DNA of 34,382 bases from Patescibacteria group bacterium (GTDB taxonomy: Bacteria; Patescibacteriota; Microgenomatia; Levybacterales; UBA12049). Where the stretch lies: the NCBI GenBank assembly GCA_036381535.1, contig DASVCQ010000150.1, forward strand, positions 1 to 34,382. The letters are read 5' to 3'. The position numbers were made by a program, and so were the translations under genes. Shown here in pieces: positions 17,128 through 25,712 of this stretch (its first letter is position 1; each line of letters starts with the position of its first letter). The notes under the pieces are model-generated. The model was not told the DNA's origin, made no database searches, and saw only the letters and a program-made list of their open reading frames with translations.

Positions 17128-17670
17128 ATGGCATTTAATAGAAATCAAAATAGAGGAAATTATAATCAACAACCTTCAGAATTTGCTGAGGATATTGTAA
17201 TGATAAACAGAATTTCCAAAAAGACTAAAGGAGGAAATAAAGTAAGCTTTTCTGCCCTTGCTGTTGTTGGGGATAAAAAAGGAAAAGTAGGTGCAGGACA
17301 CGGAAAAGCAGCTGACGTTGCTGCAGCAATTAGAAAAAGTATTTCTGCTGCTAAAAAGCACTTTATTACAGTACCTTTAGTAGAAGGAACTATTCCATTT
17401 AGTGTGACCATAAAATTAAAAGCTGCAAAAGTAATGCTAAAACCGGCTCCTTCAGGATCAGGTATTATTGCAGGCGGAGCAGTAAGAAGTGTTGTCTCAG
17501 CAGCAGGAATTACAAATATTTCATCCAAAGTTTTGGGAAGTGGAAATAAAGCAAGCAATGTTTATGCATCACTTGAGGCATTAAGACAGATTGCTGAATT
17601 GCATAAGAAAAATCAAAGTAAGAGAGCATCAAAAGGTTTGAAAGAACCAAAGCAGTCAAAAGGAGAGTAA
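17128..17670 (+). CDS. rpsE: 30S ribosomal protein S5
   Basis: INRISKKTKGGNKVSFSALAVVGD...GSGIIAGGAVR. Confidence 0.95.
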   Translation: MAFNRNQNRGNYNQQPSEFAEDIVMINRISKKTKGGNKVSFSALAVVGDKKGKVGAGHGKAADVAAAIRKSISAAKKHFITVPLVEGTIPFSVTIKLKAAKVMLKPAPSGSGIIAGGAVRSVVSAAGITNISSKVLGSGNKASNVYASLEALRQIAELHKKNQSKRASKGLKEPKQSKGE

Positions 17671-17673
17671 TTT

Positions 17674-18114
17674 ATGAATTTAAGTAGCCTTGTACAAACA
17701 ACAAAGAGATCTAAAAAAAGAAAAGGACAGGGTCATGGATCTGGAAAAGTGAAGACCTCAGGCAGAGGTCAAAAAGGACAGAATTCCAGAAATAAAGTTC
17801 CTTTTACAAGATATAGTGGAGGATCTTTGGCTTTTGTTAAAAGACTTCCTTTTCTTCGTGGAAAAGATAAAAATAATTCTTTCAAATTAAAACCTGTTTT
17901 GGTAAATGTCAGTGCACTAAATGGTTTGTCAAAAGGTACAACAGTAGATCTTAAGTCTCTTGTTGCCAGCCACTTAGTAAATGAAAATGAAGCAAAGAAA
18001 AATGGAATTAAAATCCTAGGAAACGGGGAGCTTACTGTTGCCCTCACAGTATCGTTGCCTGTTTCTAAAGGGGCCCTAGTAAAAATAGAAAAGGCCGGGG
18101 GAAAAGTAGCATAA
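17674..18114 (+). CDS. rplO: 50S ribosomal protein L15
   Basis: KRKGQGHGSGKVKTSGRGQKGQ. Starts 3 nt after the rpsE stop, so there is no rpmD. Confidence 0.94.
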   Translation: MNLSSLVQTTKRSKKRKGQGHGSGKVKTSGRGQKGQNSRNKVPFTRYSGGSLAFVKRLPFLRGKDKNNSFKLKPVLVNVSALNGLSKGTTVDLKSLVASHLVNENEAKKNGIKILGNGELTVALTVSLPVSKGALVKIEKAGGKVA

Positions 18115-18121
18115 TTAGTTC

Positions 18122-19408
18122 ATGAATAATATTCTTTCGCTTTTTAGAAAGAGTTTCCAAACACCGGAAGTAAGACGTAAAATACTCTTCACTGCAGCTA
18201 TTTTTGTTGTATTCAGACTCTTTGCACACATACCTGTCAGTGGTGTAAATGTTGCAAGTCTTAGAGCTCTTTTTTCCCAAAATCAATTTTTAGGACTTTT
18301 GGATATCTTCTCAGGAGGTACTCTTGCTAACTTTTCTATTATGGCATTAGGACTAAATCCTTATATCAATGCGTCAATTATTCTTCAACTTCTTACAATG
18401 GTTTTTCCAAAGCTTGAGGAAATGTCCAAAGAAGGAGAGGCAGGAAGACAAAAAATTAATCAATACACAAGACTTCTAACAGTCCCCCTTGCTGCACTCC
18501 AGGCATTTGGAATGTTTTTGCTTCTTAAGAGTCAGCATATAATTGGTACTTTTAGTCCTATTCAGATAGTAGGTCTTATCCTGACTATGACTGCCGGTAC
18601 AATGCTTCTTGTCTGGCTTGGAGAATTGATTACTGAGCGCGGAATCGGAAATGGTATTTCTATGCTTATTTTTGCCGGAATTATCGGAAGACTTCCTGTT
18701 GCTTTTACCCAAACCGTCTCTACAACTTCAGGAGACAGTACTTTTAACTTGCTTATTTTTCTTGGAATGGGGCTTGCCGTTATTTCGGGTATTGTTATAA
18801 CAAATGAGGCAACACGCCAAATCCCTGTTTTTTATGCAAAACAAGTGCGTGGAAATAAGACTTATGGAAGCCAATCTACTCACCTTCCCCTTCGCCTCAA
18901 TCAAGCTGGAGTTATACCAATTATTTTTGCCGTGTCTTTGGTCCTTCTTCCTTCACTCATTGCTAATTTTTTTAGTGCAGCCAAAAATCCATTTTTGCAT
19001 AATGTGTCACTATGGCTCTCAACGACCTTTAATCCTAACGGTTGGATATATAATGTTGTTTACTTTATTTTGGTCGTTGGATTTACATACTTTTATACTG
19101 CAGTTATCTTCAATCCTACAAAAATTGCCGAAGATGTCCAAAAATATGGCGGATTTGTGCCTGGAATTCGTCCAGGTAAGCAAACAGCAAATTATTTAAA
19201 TTATGTTTTGACAAGAATTACCTTGGCCGGTGCAATTTTCTTGGGTACTATTGCTATTTTCCCAACAATTGCTAAAAGTTTTACCAATATTCAGACACTT
19301 TTATTAGGTGGTACTGGTATTTTAATCGTAGTTAGTGTAATATTAGAAGCTGTCAAGGCAATGGAAGCACAACTCGTAATGCGCAATTACGAAAGGTTTG
19401 TAGAATAG
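18122..19408 (+). CDS. secY: preprotein translocase subunit SecY
   Basis: 428 aa, about 10 TM segments. Has [15 protein letters not shown] and [15 protein letters not shown] motifs. Confidence 0.96.
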   Translation: MNNILSLFRKSFQTPEVRRKILFTAAIFVVFRLFAHIPVSGVNVASLRALFSQNQFLGLLDIFSGGTLANFSIMALGLNPYINASIILQLLTMVFPKLEEMSKEGEAGRQKINQYTRLLTVPLAALQAFGMFLLLKSQHIIGTFSPIQIVGLILTMTAGTMLLVWLGELITERGIGNGISMLIFAGIIGRLPVAFTQTVSTTSGDSTFNLLIFLGMGLAVISGIVITNEATRQIPVFYAKQVRGNKTYGSQSTHLPLRLNQAGVIPIIFAVSLVLLPSLIANFFSAAKNPFLHNVSLWLSTTFNPNGWIYNVVYFILVVGFTYFYTAVIFNPTKIAEDVQKYGGFVPGIRPGKQTANYLNYVLTRITLAGAIFLGTIAIFPTIAKSFTNIQTLLLGGTGILIVVSVILEAVKAMEAQLVMRNYERFVE

Positions 19409-19419
19409 TTTATAAAAAG

Positions 19420-19989
19420 ATGAAAATAATATTAATTGGAATTCAGGGAGCAGGAAAATCAACACAAGGGAATATTCTGTCAAAAAAATTAAAAATTCCG
19501 TATCTTTCAACCGGGCATATTTTCCGTACAATCGCCCAGGAAAAAACCACAATGGGAAGATATATTAAAGAGGTAATGAACGCAGGTTTTCTTATTCCTG
19601 ATAAGAAAACTCTGGAAGTTGTAAGTGAATACCTTTCACGTCCTGAATATGAAAAAGGGTATATTATGGACGGGTTTCCTCGCACTGTTGGACAAGCCAA
19701 AACTTTTAAAAATGGTATTTCAGCGGTGGTTTATCTTCAGGTTAGTGACAGAGAGGCATTGTGGAGGCTTTCATTTAGGGATCAAGCAGGTCGGGAAGAC
19801 GAAACTTTGATGGCTCTTAGAAAAAGAATTGAGCTTTTTCACAAATTCACCGAGCCGGTACTAGACTTTTATCGAAGGAAAGGAATACTAATTGAAATCG
19901 ACGGGGAAAAAGATATAAAAGAAATTTCTAAAGAAATCTTGGAAAAGCTTGCAAAAGTAGAAAAGAAGAATGATTCCCAAAAAGGATAG
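19420..19989 (+). CDS. adk: adenylate kinase (short form)
   Basis: IILIGIQGAGKSTQG P-loop and MDGFPRT. Confidence 0.9.
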   Translation: MKIILIGIQGAGKSTQGNILSKKLKIPYLSTGHIFRTIAQEKTTMGRYIKEVMNAGFLIPDKKTLEVVSEYLSRPEYEKGYIMDGFPRTVGQAKTFKNGISAVVYLQVSDREALWRLSFRDQAGREDETLMALRKRIELFHKFTEPVLDFYRRKGILIEIDGEKDIKEISKEILEKLAKVEKKNDSQKG

Positions 19990-20500
19990 ACCACTGATAA
20001 TCGGTATAACCGGTGCCTTAGGAAGCGGAAAATCAACTGCAAGCTCTTTTTTCTCAAAAAATGGATTTAGTGATATTGATTTATCATCTTTTTTAGAGGA
20101 AGAAATACATACTAGAGGAATTAGTAAAATAACCAGAAAAGTTATAGATGACGTTGAAAATGAATGGCAAAATAAATATGGAAAAGGAATTTTAGCAGAA
20201 AAAGCCATAAAAGTATTGGGAAAAGGAAAGCTATTTGTTGTTGATGGTATAAAGAATATTGAAGAAGTAGAAGTTTTGAGAAAAGAAGGTAATTTTTTGC
20301 TACTGGCAATTGTTAGTGAAAAAAAAGAGCGGATTGAGAGAATAAAGGGAGTAAATAAAAAAGAAATGAATCAGGAATTATTTAAGCAGGTGGATTGTGA
20401 AGTAGTTTGTACGAAAATTGCTGATAAATTTGTTGAAAATAACGGGACGTTAATGGAATTTGTTGAAAAATTGCAAAAAGTATCAAAGGAAATAATATGA
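19970..20500 (+). CDS. P-loop nucleotide/nucleoside kinase (dephospho-CoA kinase-like, UPF0200-like)
   Basis: IIGITGALGSGKST Walker A and VVDGIKNIEEVEVLR. 176 aa. Overlaps the adk end by 20 nt and the cmk start by 4 nt. Confidence 0.6.
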   Translation: MIPKKDRPLIIGITGALGSGKSTASSFFSKNGFSDIDLSSFLEEEIHTRGISKITRKVIDDVENEWQNKYGKGILAEKAIKVLGKGKLFVVDGIKNIEEVEVLRKEGNFLLLAIVSEKKERIERIKGVNKKEMNQELFKQVDCEVVCTKIADKFVENNGTLMEFVEKLQKVSKEII

Positions 20501-21192
20501 CTAAAGATTTAGTAAATGCAATAGCAATTGATGGTCCGGTCGCTGCGGGTAAAGGAACAATCGCAGCACTTCTTGCCAAAAGGCTGAAAGGATTTCATCT
20601 TTATACAGGCGCTATGTACCGTTGTCTTGCATTATGCTGTCTTGAGAGAGATATAGATGTTACAAAAGTTGATAGCGTCCTATCTGCCCTTTCTGAGATT
20701 TGGTTTGATTTGGATGGTGACATAGTATATCTGAATGATCAGGACGTCACTGAAAAGCTAAAACAAAGGTCTGTTACGCAGCTTGTCCCAAAAGTTGCGG
20801 CAATAGGGAAAGTTAGAGAAGAAATGGTGAAACGTCAGCAGGAGATTGGTCGAAAAAAGATGGATATGGGTAAAGTCGTCGTTGCTGAAGGCAGGGATGT
20901 TGCGACAAAGATTTTTCCTGATGCAAGGCTTAAGATATTTCTTACTGCCAGACCTGAAGTTCGCGCAAAAAGAAGATATGAGCAAATGGGAGGCAAAAAT
21001 AACGCAACAATTACCTTTGAAGATATCCTGGGGGATACAAATGAGCGTGACAGACGCGACTATGAAAGAAAGGTAGATCCACTAGTCAAAAACCCAGAAA
21101 AAATGGGTTATACCCTCATAGATAATTCAGACCTTACAGAAGATGAGACAGTTGAGGCTGTTGTTAGTGCATGGAATAGTCATATAAAATGA
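20497..21192 (+). CDS. cmk: cytidylate kinase
   Basis: IAIDGPVAAGKGT, GRDVATKIFPDA and RAKRR. Confidence 0.9.
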   Translation: MTKDLVNAIAIDGPVAAGKGTIAALLAKRLKGFHLYTGAMYRCLALCCLERDIDVTKVDSVLSALSEIWFDLDGDIVYLNDQDVTEKLKQRSVTQLVPKVAAIGKVREEMVKRQQEIGRKKMDMGKVVVAEGRDVATKIFPDARLKIFLTARPEVRAKRRYEQMGGKNNATITFEDILGDTNERDRRDYERKVDPLVKNPEKMGYTLIDNSDLTEDETVEAVVSAWNSHIK

Positions 21193-21959
21193 AAATCTAC
21201 TTAAAAACACCAAAAGAAATAGAAATTATGGCAAAAGGGGGGAAAATCCTCTCTAACGTCATGTGGGAGGTTCTAAAGCATGCAAAAGAGGGAGTTTCGG
21301 AGCTAGAACTGGACGCTTTGGCCGAAAAATTAATCCTACAACAAGGTGGAGAGCCTGGATTTAAGAAAGTAGAAGGCTATAAGCATACTATTTGTATCTC
21401 AACAAATGAGGTGGTTGTACACGGAATTCCAACTGCATACAGGCTTAAGGCAGGAGATGTTGTGGGAATTGATTGCGGAGTTTTTTTAGAAGGTTTTCAT
21501 ACTGATATGTCAGAATCGATTCAAGTTAAAGGTGAAAATTCGCAGCTAAAAGATGAAAAAGTAGAGAAGTTTTTAGTAACAGGCAAAAGGGCCCTGGAAG
21601 AGGCAATAAAACAAGTCAAACCAGAAAATCGAATTGGACATATTTCAAAGACAATTCAAGAGATTGTTGAGGGGAGTGGATATAGTGTAGTCAGAGAGTT
21701 GATTGGTCATGGAGTGGGAAGAGAATTACATGAAGATCCACCTATTCCAGGATATGTTTATGGTAAGGTTGAGCGTACTACTATTCTTAGAGAAGGAATG
21801 GTTATTGCAATTGAAGTAATATATAATATGGGCAAAAAAGAAGTAGTTTTCTCAGGTAAAGACGATTGGACGATACAAACAAAGGATAATTCCCTCTCAG
21901 GACTATTTGAAAGAACAGTTGCTGTGACCTCAAACGGATATAGAATATTAACCCCCTAA
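21189..21959 (+). CDS. map: type I methionine aminopeptidase
   Basis: VVHGIP, DCGV..GFHTD, HGVGRELHE and EVIY. ATGA overlap with the cmk stop. Confidence 0.94.
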   Translation: MKIYLKTPKEIEIMAKGGKILSNVMWEVLKHAKEGVSELELDALAEKLILQQGGEPGFKKVEGYKHTICISTNEVVVHGIPTAYRLKAGDVVGIDCGVFLEGFHTDMSESIQVKGENSQLKDEKVEKFLVTGKRALEEAIKQVKPENRIGHISKTIQEIVEGSGYSVVRELIGHGVGRELHEDPPIPGYVYGKVERTTILREGMVIAIEVIYNMGKKEVVFSGKDDWTIQTKDNSLSGLFERTVAVTSNGYRILTP

Positions 21960-21968
21960 TTATTCTTC

Positions 21969-21997
21969 TTGACACGCACAGATCTTAATTGTAAAAT
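21969..21997 (+). promoter_or_regulatory. strong sigma70-like promoter, near-leaderless
   Basis: TTGACA-17-TAAAAT, then 9 nt to ATG 22007. Confidence 0.6.
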
Positions 21998-22006
21998 TTT
22001 GCCGAA

Positions 22007-22633
22007 ATGGTAATTGTTGAAGGCAAAGAAATTAATGTCGTTCTGAATATGAGGCCTCATCATGCCAGAATGCCTGAATATCAAGATATTCTGAGAAGAA
22101 AAAGGACTCCTGCAATACATGCAAAAGCAAGAAGTAAATTAATGTCTAATATGCTAGAGGAAATGCATGTTGGATATAGATTTGATGTTTTAAAAAGTTT
22201 GGAGGAATGTGACGTTAGGGCATATGAGGATGAAATAGAAAAAGGAGACATTCGTCTTCAACTTTTAACTGATGATTCTTTTATACAACTAGACCTAAGA
22301 GAGGATTTGATATGTTTTGCAGCATGCAGAAGAAGACACTGTAGCGGGACAAGATATCTGACGACTAGACCGGCTGTGGATATAAAAGCGGCAGAAGAAG
22401 TAAATGTCAGGGCAATAAAAAAGGATTTGATTGAGGCTGGATATAAATCAGGTGAGGATTATTTTGATATACAAACAACTCATACTTTGTATGATTTTGA
22501 AGGAAAAGACTTAAATCATGGTGAAGCTATACCAAAAATTGTTAAATTTAACGGTCTTATTGTCAGGACAGGAGCGCTTCGTGACCCCAGAATAAAACCC
22601 GCGATTCGCTCTAATAAGAATAAGGACTTATGA
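22007..22633 (+). CDS. hypothetical protein inserted between map and infA
   Basis: 208-aa ORF, Arg/Asp/Glu-rich, with a CFAACRRRHC cluster. It has its own promoter and no family I recognise. Confidence 0.55.
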   Translation: MVIVEGKEINVVLNMRPHHARMPEYQDILRRKRTPAIHAKARSKLMSNMLEEMHVGYRFDVLKSLEECDVRAYEDEIEKGDIRLQLLTDDSFIQLDLREDLICFAACRRRHCSGTRYLTTRPAVDIKAAEEVNVRAIKKDLIEAGYKSGEDYFDIQTTHTLYDFEGKDLNHGEAIPKIVKFNGLIVRTGALRDPRIKPAIRSNKNKDL

Positions 22634-22635
22634 TA

Positions 22636-22664
22636 TTGCTCTTTGAAGCAAGGTTTGGTATAAT
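22636..22664 (+). promoter_or_regulatory. promoter of infA-rpmJ...
   Basis: TTGCTC-17-TATAAT with TGg (22656-22658). Confidence 0.5.
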
Positions 22665-22685
22665 GAGTCTCTAGTCTTGACATAA

Positions 22686-22904
22686 ATGGCACACCAAGGA
22701 TCTTACGAAGTGGATGGGGTTGTCAAAGAATCTCTTCCAAATACACTTTTCAGAGTCGAATTATCCGACGGGTCTGTTATTTTGTGTCATTTGTCCGGTA
22801 AGATGCGAATACATTATGTTAAGATCTTGCCCGGAGATAGAGTAAGAGTTGAAATGACTGAATACGATAAGACTAAAGGTAGAATTGTCTATAGAGGAAG
22901 ATAA
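22686..22904 (+). CDS. infA: translation initiation factor IF-1
   Basis: [33 protein letters not shown]...[12 protein letters not shown]. Confidence 0.96.
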   Translation: MAHQGSYEVDGVVKESLPNTLFRVELSDGSVILCHLSGKMRIHYVKILPGDRVRVEMTEYDKTKGRIVYRGR

Positions 22905-22960
22905 GTTAGAAGTCAAAATGCAGAAGTAAAAATTATTACTTACACTTTTGCCTTTTGAGT
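22905..22960 (+). repeat. A-rich intergenic inverted-repeat element
   Basis: GTTAGAAGTCAAAATGCAGAAGTA starts at the infA stop and pairs with CACTTTTGCCTTTTGAG (22943-22959). Confidence 0.7.
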
Positions 22961-22980
22961 TATAAATTTTAAATAAATAT

Positions 22981-23094
22981 ATGAAAGTACAAGCAAGTGT
23001 CAAACCAAGATGTGCAAAATGCAAAGTTATTAAGCGCAAAGGCGTGCTTAGGGTTGTTTGTGAAAATCCCAGACATAAGCAGCGTCAAGGATAA
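22981..23094 (+). CDS. rpmJ: 50S ribosomal protein L36
   Basis: Not in the ORF track because it is under 60 aa. Translates to [37 protein letters not shown]. Confidence 0.93.
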   Translation: MKVQASVKPRCAKCKVIKRKGVLRVVCENPRHKQRQG

Positions 23095-23099
23095 TTAAT

Positions 23100-23516
23100 A
23101 TGAGAGTATCAGGAATTACAATACCAGATGATAAAAAAGTTGAAATTTCGCTAGCCTATCTTTATGGTGTTGGAAGAAGTAATGCTAAAATTATACTTAA
23201 GAAAGCTAAGGTAGATGGAGCTAAAAGAGTAAAGGACCTAACAGAAGACGAACAAAAGAGTATTGCCAAGGTTCTTGAAGAATACAAGGTTGAAGGAGAC
23301 CTAAGAGCAGAGGTTGGAGGAAATGTAAAAAGACTTAAAGAAGTAGGAGCATATAGAGGGTTAAGACATATTCATAATTTGCCTTCCAGAGGTCAGAGGA
23401 CCAGATCTAATGCTCGTACCAAACGTGGGAAGAGATTAACAATTGGTGCTATCAAGAAAGAAGTAGCAGCAAAGATGGAGGCATCCCAAACGCAGAAAGC
23501 AAAAGCAGGAAAATAA
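23100..23516 (+). CDS. rpsM: 30S ribosomal protein S13
   Basis: MRVSGITIPDDKKVEISLAYLYGVG...GLRH..NLPSRGQRT. Confidence 0.95.
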   Translation: MRVSGITIPDDKKVEISLAYLYGVGRSNAKIILKKAKVDGAKRVKDLTEDEQKSIAKVLEEYKVEGDLRAEVGGNVKRLKEVGAYRGLRHIHNLPSRGQRTRSNARTKRGKRLTIGAIKKEVAAKMEASQTQKAKAGK

Positions 23517-23530
23517 ATTAATTTAAAAAT

Positions 23531-23929
23531 ATGGCTAAAAAAGACACAAAAATAGTTAAAAAGAAAAAAAACGGAGCAGTAGTGACATCTGGTGGTAAAA
23601 TTTTCATTACTGCAACATTCAATAATACTTTAGTTACAGTAACCAACGAAAAAGGTGAGACAGTTTCCTGGAGCTCATCTGGTGCAAAAGGATTTAAGGG
23701 TGCCAGAAAGTCAACTCCATATGCCGCTTCACTTGCTGTTGAAGATGCAGCAAAAAAAGCACTTGAAAAAGGCTTAAAATCAGTTGAGGTTTATGTAAAA
23801 GGACCGGGATCCGGAAGAGATAGTGCTCTTCGTGCAATTAGATCTGCTGGTCTATCTATCTCACTTATTGCAGATGTAACACCAATTCCACATAACGGAC
23901 CAAGGGCAAAGAAAAGGAGGAGAGTATAG
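23531..23929 (+). CDS. rpsK: 30S ribosomal protein S11
   Basis: [35 protein letters not shown]...[13 protein letters not shown]. Confidence 0.95.
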   Translation: MAKKDTKIVKKKKNGAVVTSGGKIFITATFNNTLVTVTNEKGETVSWSSSGAKGFKGARKSTPYAASLAVEDAAKKALEKGLKSVEVYVKGPGSGRDSALRAIRSAGLSISLIADVTPIPHNGPRAKKRRRV

Positions 23930-23991
23930 TTTATTGACCATGTATTGGTTTGGGCCAATATAAATGGAAAATATTAACCAACAAATAAAAT

Positions 23992-24594
23992 ATGGCAAGA
24001 TATACAGGACCAAAACATAAATTAGCAAGACGAGAAGGGATCAATCTTCTTGACAAACAATCTGCATCACTTCAAAAAAGGCTTACTCAAAAACCTGGTG
24101 CGCATGGAGCAAAAAGAGCACGCAAACTTTCAGAATTCGGACTACAACTTCGTGAAAAACAAAAAGCAAAGAATATGTATGGTATTTTAGAAAAGCAATT
24201 TTCAAATATGGTAGCAGATGTTCAAAAAATGAAAGGTGATACTTCTGAGGCTATTATTGCAAGACTTGAGCGAAGATTGGATAATATTGTTTATAGACTT
24301 GGTTTTTCAAAGTCTCGTTTTATGGCCAGGCAATTTGTCTCACATGGTCATGTTTTGGTAAATGGTAAAAAGCTAACAATCCCATCATATATTGTTCGTG
24401 AAGGAGATGTAGTTGAGCTAGGCACAAAAATTCAGAAAAATCCTGACGTAATTAAAGTCATGTCAGAAGAACGCATAGTTCTTCCTTTCCTCGAGAAAAA
24501 AGGTCCTGTTGGGAAATTAGTAAGAAATCCTAAAAAAGAAGACGTAGAAGTACCATTTGACGTACAGATGATTATTGAGTATTATTCTAGGTAA
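23992..24594 (+). CDS. rpsD: 30S ribosomal protein S4
   Basis: MARYTGPKHKLARREG plus the S4 RNA-binding domain RLDNIVYRLGF. Confidence 0.95.
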   Translation: MARYTGPKHKLARREGINLLDKQSASLQKRLTQKPGAHGAKRARKLSEFGLQLREKQKAKNMYGILEKQFSNMVADVQKMKGDTSEAIIARLERRLDNIVYRLGFSKSRFMARQFVSHGHVLVNGKKLTIPSYIVREGDVVELGTKIQKNPDVIKVMSEERIVLPFLEKKGPVGKLVRNPKKEDVEVPFDVQMIIEYYSR

Positions 24595-24678
24595 TAGACA
24601 CAAAGATATCACGTGTACTGTAAGTGAATTTGTGTGTTGATTATTGTTGGAATAAATGATAAAATACCAATTACAGCC

Positions 24679-25602
24679 ATGATGAACGCTAATTTTAAAG
24701 TTACACAGCATAACAGCTCAGACACATTTGCTCAATTTGTTATTGAGCCTCTTGAGCCTGGATATGGATACACACTCGGACACGCAATGAGACGTGTTCT
24801 ACTCGCATCTATTCCTGGAGCAGCAGTCACATCAGTTAAGATTTCAGGCGTTAAGCATAAATTTACCGCTCTTGCTGGCCTCAAAGAAACAATCGTTGAT
24901 TTCTTACTAAACCTCAAAAATGTTAACTTCAAACTAGCTCCATCAAAAGATTCAGCAACAGTAACACTTTCTGTTAAAGGACAAAAAGAAATAACAGCAG
25001 CAGATATTGAAGTAGTTGATGGTGTTGAAGTCGTAAATAAAGATGAATATCTTGGATCTTTATCAGGTGATAAAGCAAAGTTAGAAATGGAAATAAATAT
25101 AGAAAGAGGTTATGGTTATTCTTTAGCCGAGGAAAGACAGGCTGAAGTATTAGGTACAATTTTAACAGATGCAGTATTTACTCCTGTTAAAAGAGTAAAT
25201 TATACAGTTGAGGCAACCCGTGTTGGAAGACGCACAAATATGGACAAGCTTATTCTTCAAGTTTGGACAAATGGATCTGTCTCTCCAAAAGAGGCTTTGG
25301 ATGAAACTTCAAAAATTCTCGCTACATTCTTTAGGCAAGTATATGAGCCACAATCAGAAGCAGTAGAAGCACAAGAAGTTGCAACATCTTCAATTTCTGA
25401 GGATTTATTAAGACTTACAGTTGATGAATTAGATCTTCCTACAAGAATTTATAACAGTCTTCGCAACGGCGGAATTGAAACAATCGGTCAATTGCTTTCA
25501 ACCCCAAGGAAAGACCTTATTTCTATGAGAAATATGGGCGCAAAGTCAATTGCTATTATAGAAGATAAACTGTCCGAAAAAGGTATATCATTAAATATTT
25601 AA
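24679..25602 (+). CDS. rpoA: DNA-directed RNA polymerase subunit alpha
   Basis: FVIEPLEPGYGYTLGHAMRRVLLASIPG and C-terminal domain LDLPTRIYNSL. Start at ATG 24679. The track's 24634 extension was rejected. Confidence 0.94.
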   Translation: MMNANFKVTQHNSSDTFAQFVIEPLEPGYGYTLGHAMRRVLLASIPGAAVTSVKISGVKHKFTALAGLKETIVDFLLNLKNVNFKLAPSKDSATVTLSVKGQKEITAADIEVVDGVEVVNKDEYLGSLSGDKAKLEMEINIERGYGYSLAEERQAEVLGTILTDAVFTPVKRVNYTVEATRVGRRTNMDKLILQVWTNGSVSPKEALDETSKILATFFRQVYEPQSEAVEAQEVATSSISEDLLRLTVDELDLPTRIYNSLRNGGIETIGQLLSTPRKDLISMRNMGAKSIAIIEDKLSEKGISLNI

Positions 25603-25707
25603 GTCAAAAGTCAAAGGGCAAAAGTCAAAATTACAAGGTAAAGATCAATAATTTTTAAATTTGAAATTGTACTTTTGATTTTTGAATTTAACTTTTGACT
25701 TTTTTTG
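25601..25707 (+). repeat. A-rich intergenic inverted-repeat element, ~100-nt hairpin with U-tract
   Basis: Base stem of 11 bp: AAGTCAAAAGT (25601-25611) pairs with ACTTTTGACTT (25691-25701), followed by T6. The inner arms are imperfectly complementary GTCAAAA units. Confidence 0.8.
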
Positions 25708-25712
25708 TATAT

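Noticed and set aside
21186-22633. Alternative genetic code with UGA read as Gly, as in some CPR lineages
   Set aside because: TGA ends cmk (overlapping the map ATG), the 22007 ORF and the 1765 ORF at sensible lengths. Conserved genes show no in-frame TGA.
7374-25707. Spaced ~28-nt repeats as a possible CRISPR array
   Set aside because: The intervals between copies are complete conserved genes, not 30-40-nt spacers. Copies occur in both orientations as hairpin arms, and no cas genes are present.
7438-25712. ORF-track upstream starts for the phosphatase (TTG 7438), rplV (TTG 12078), rplE (GTG 14958), rpoA (24634) and rplQ (TTG 25695)
   Set aside because: Each extension runs through spacer repeats, promoters or the preceding gene. 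Internal ATGs give canonical N-termini, with an SD for rplV.
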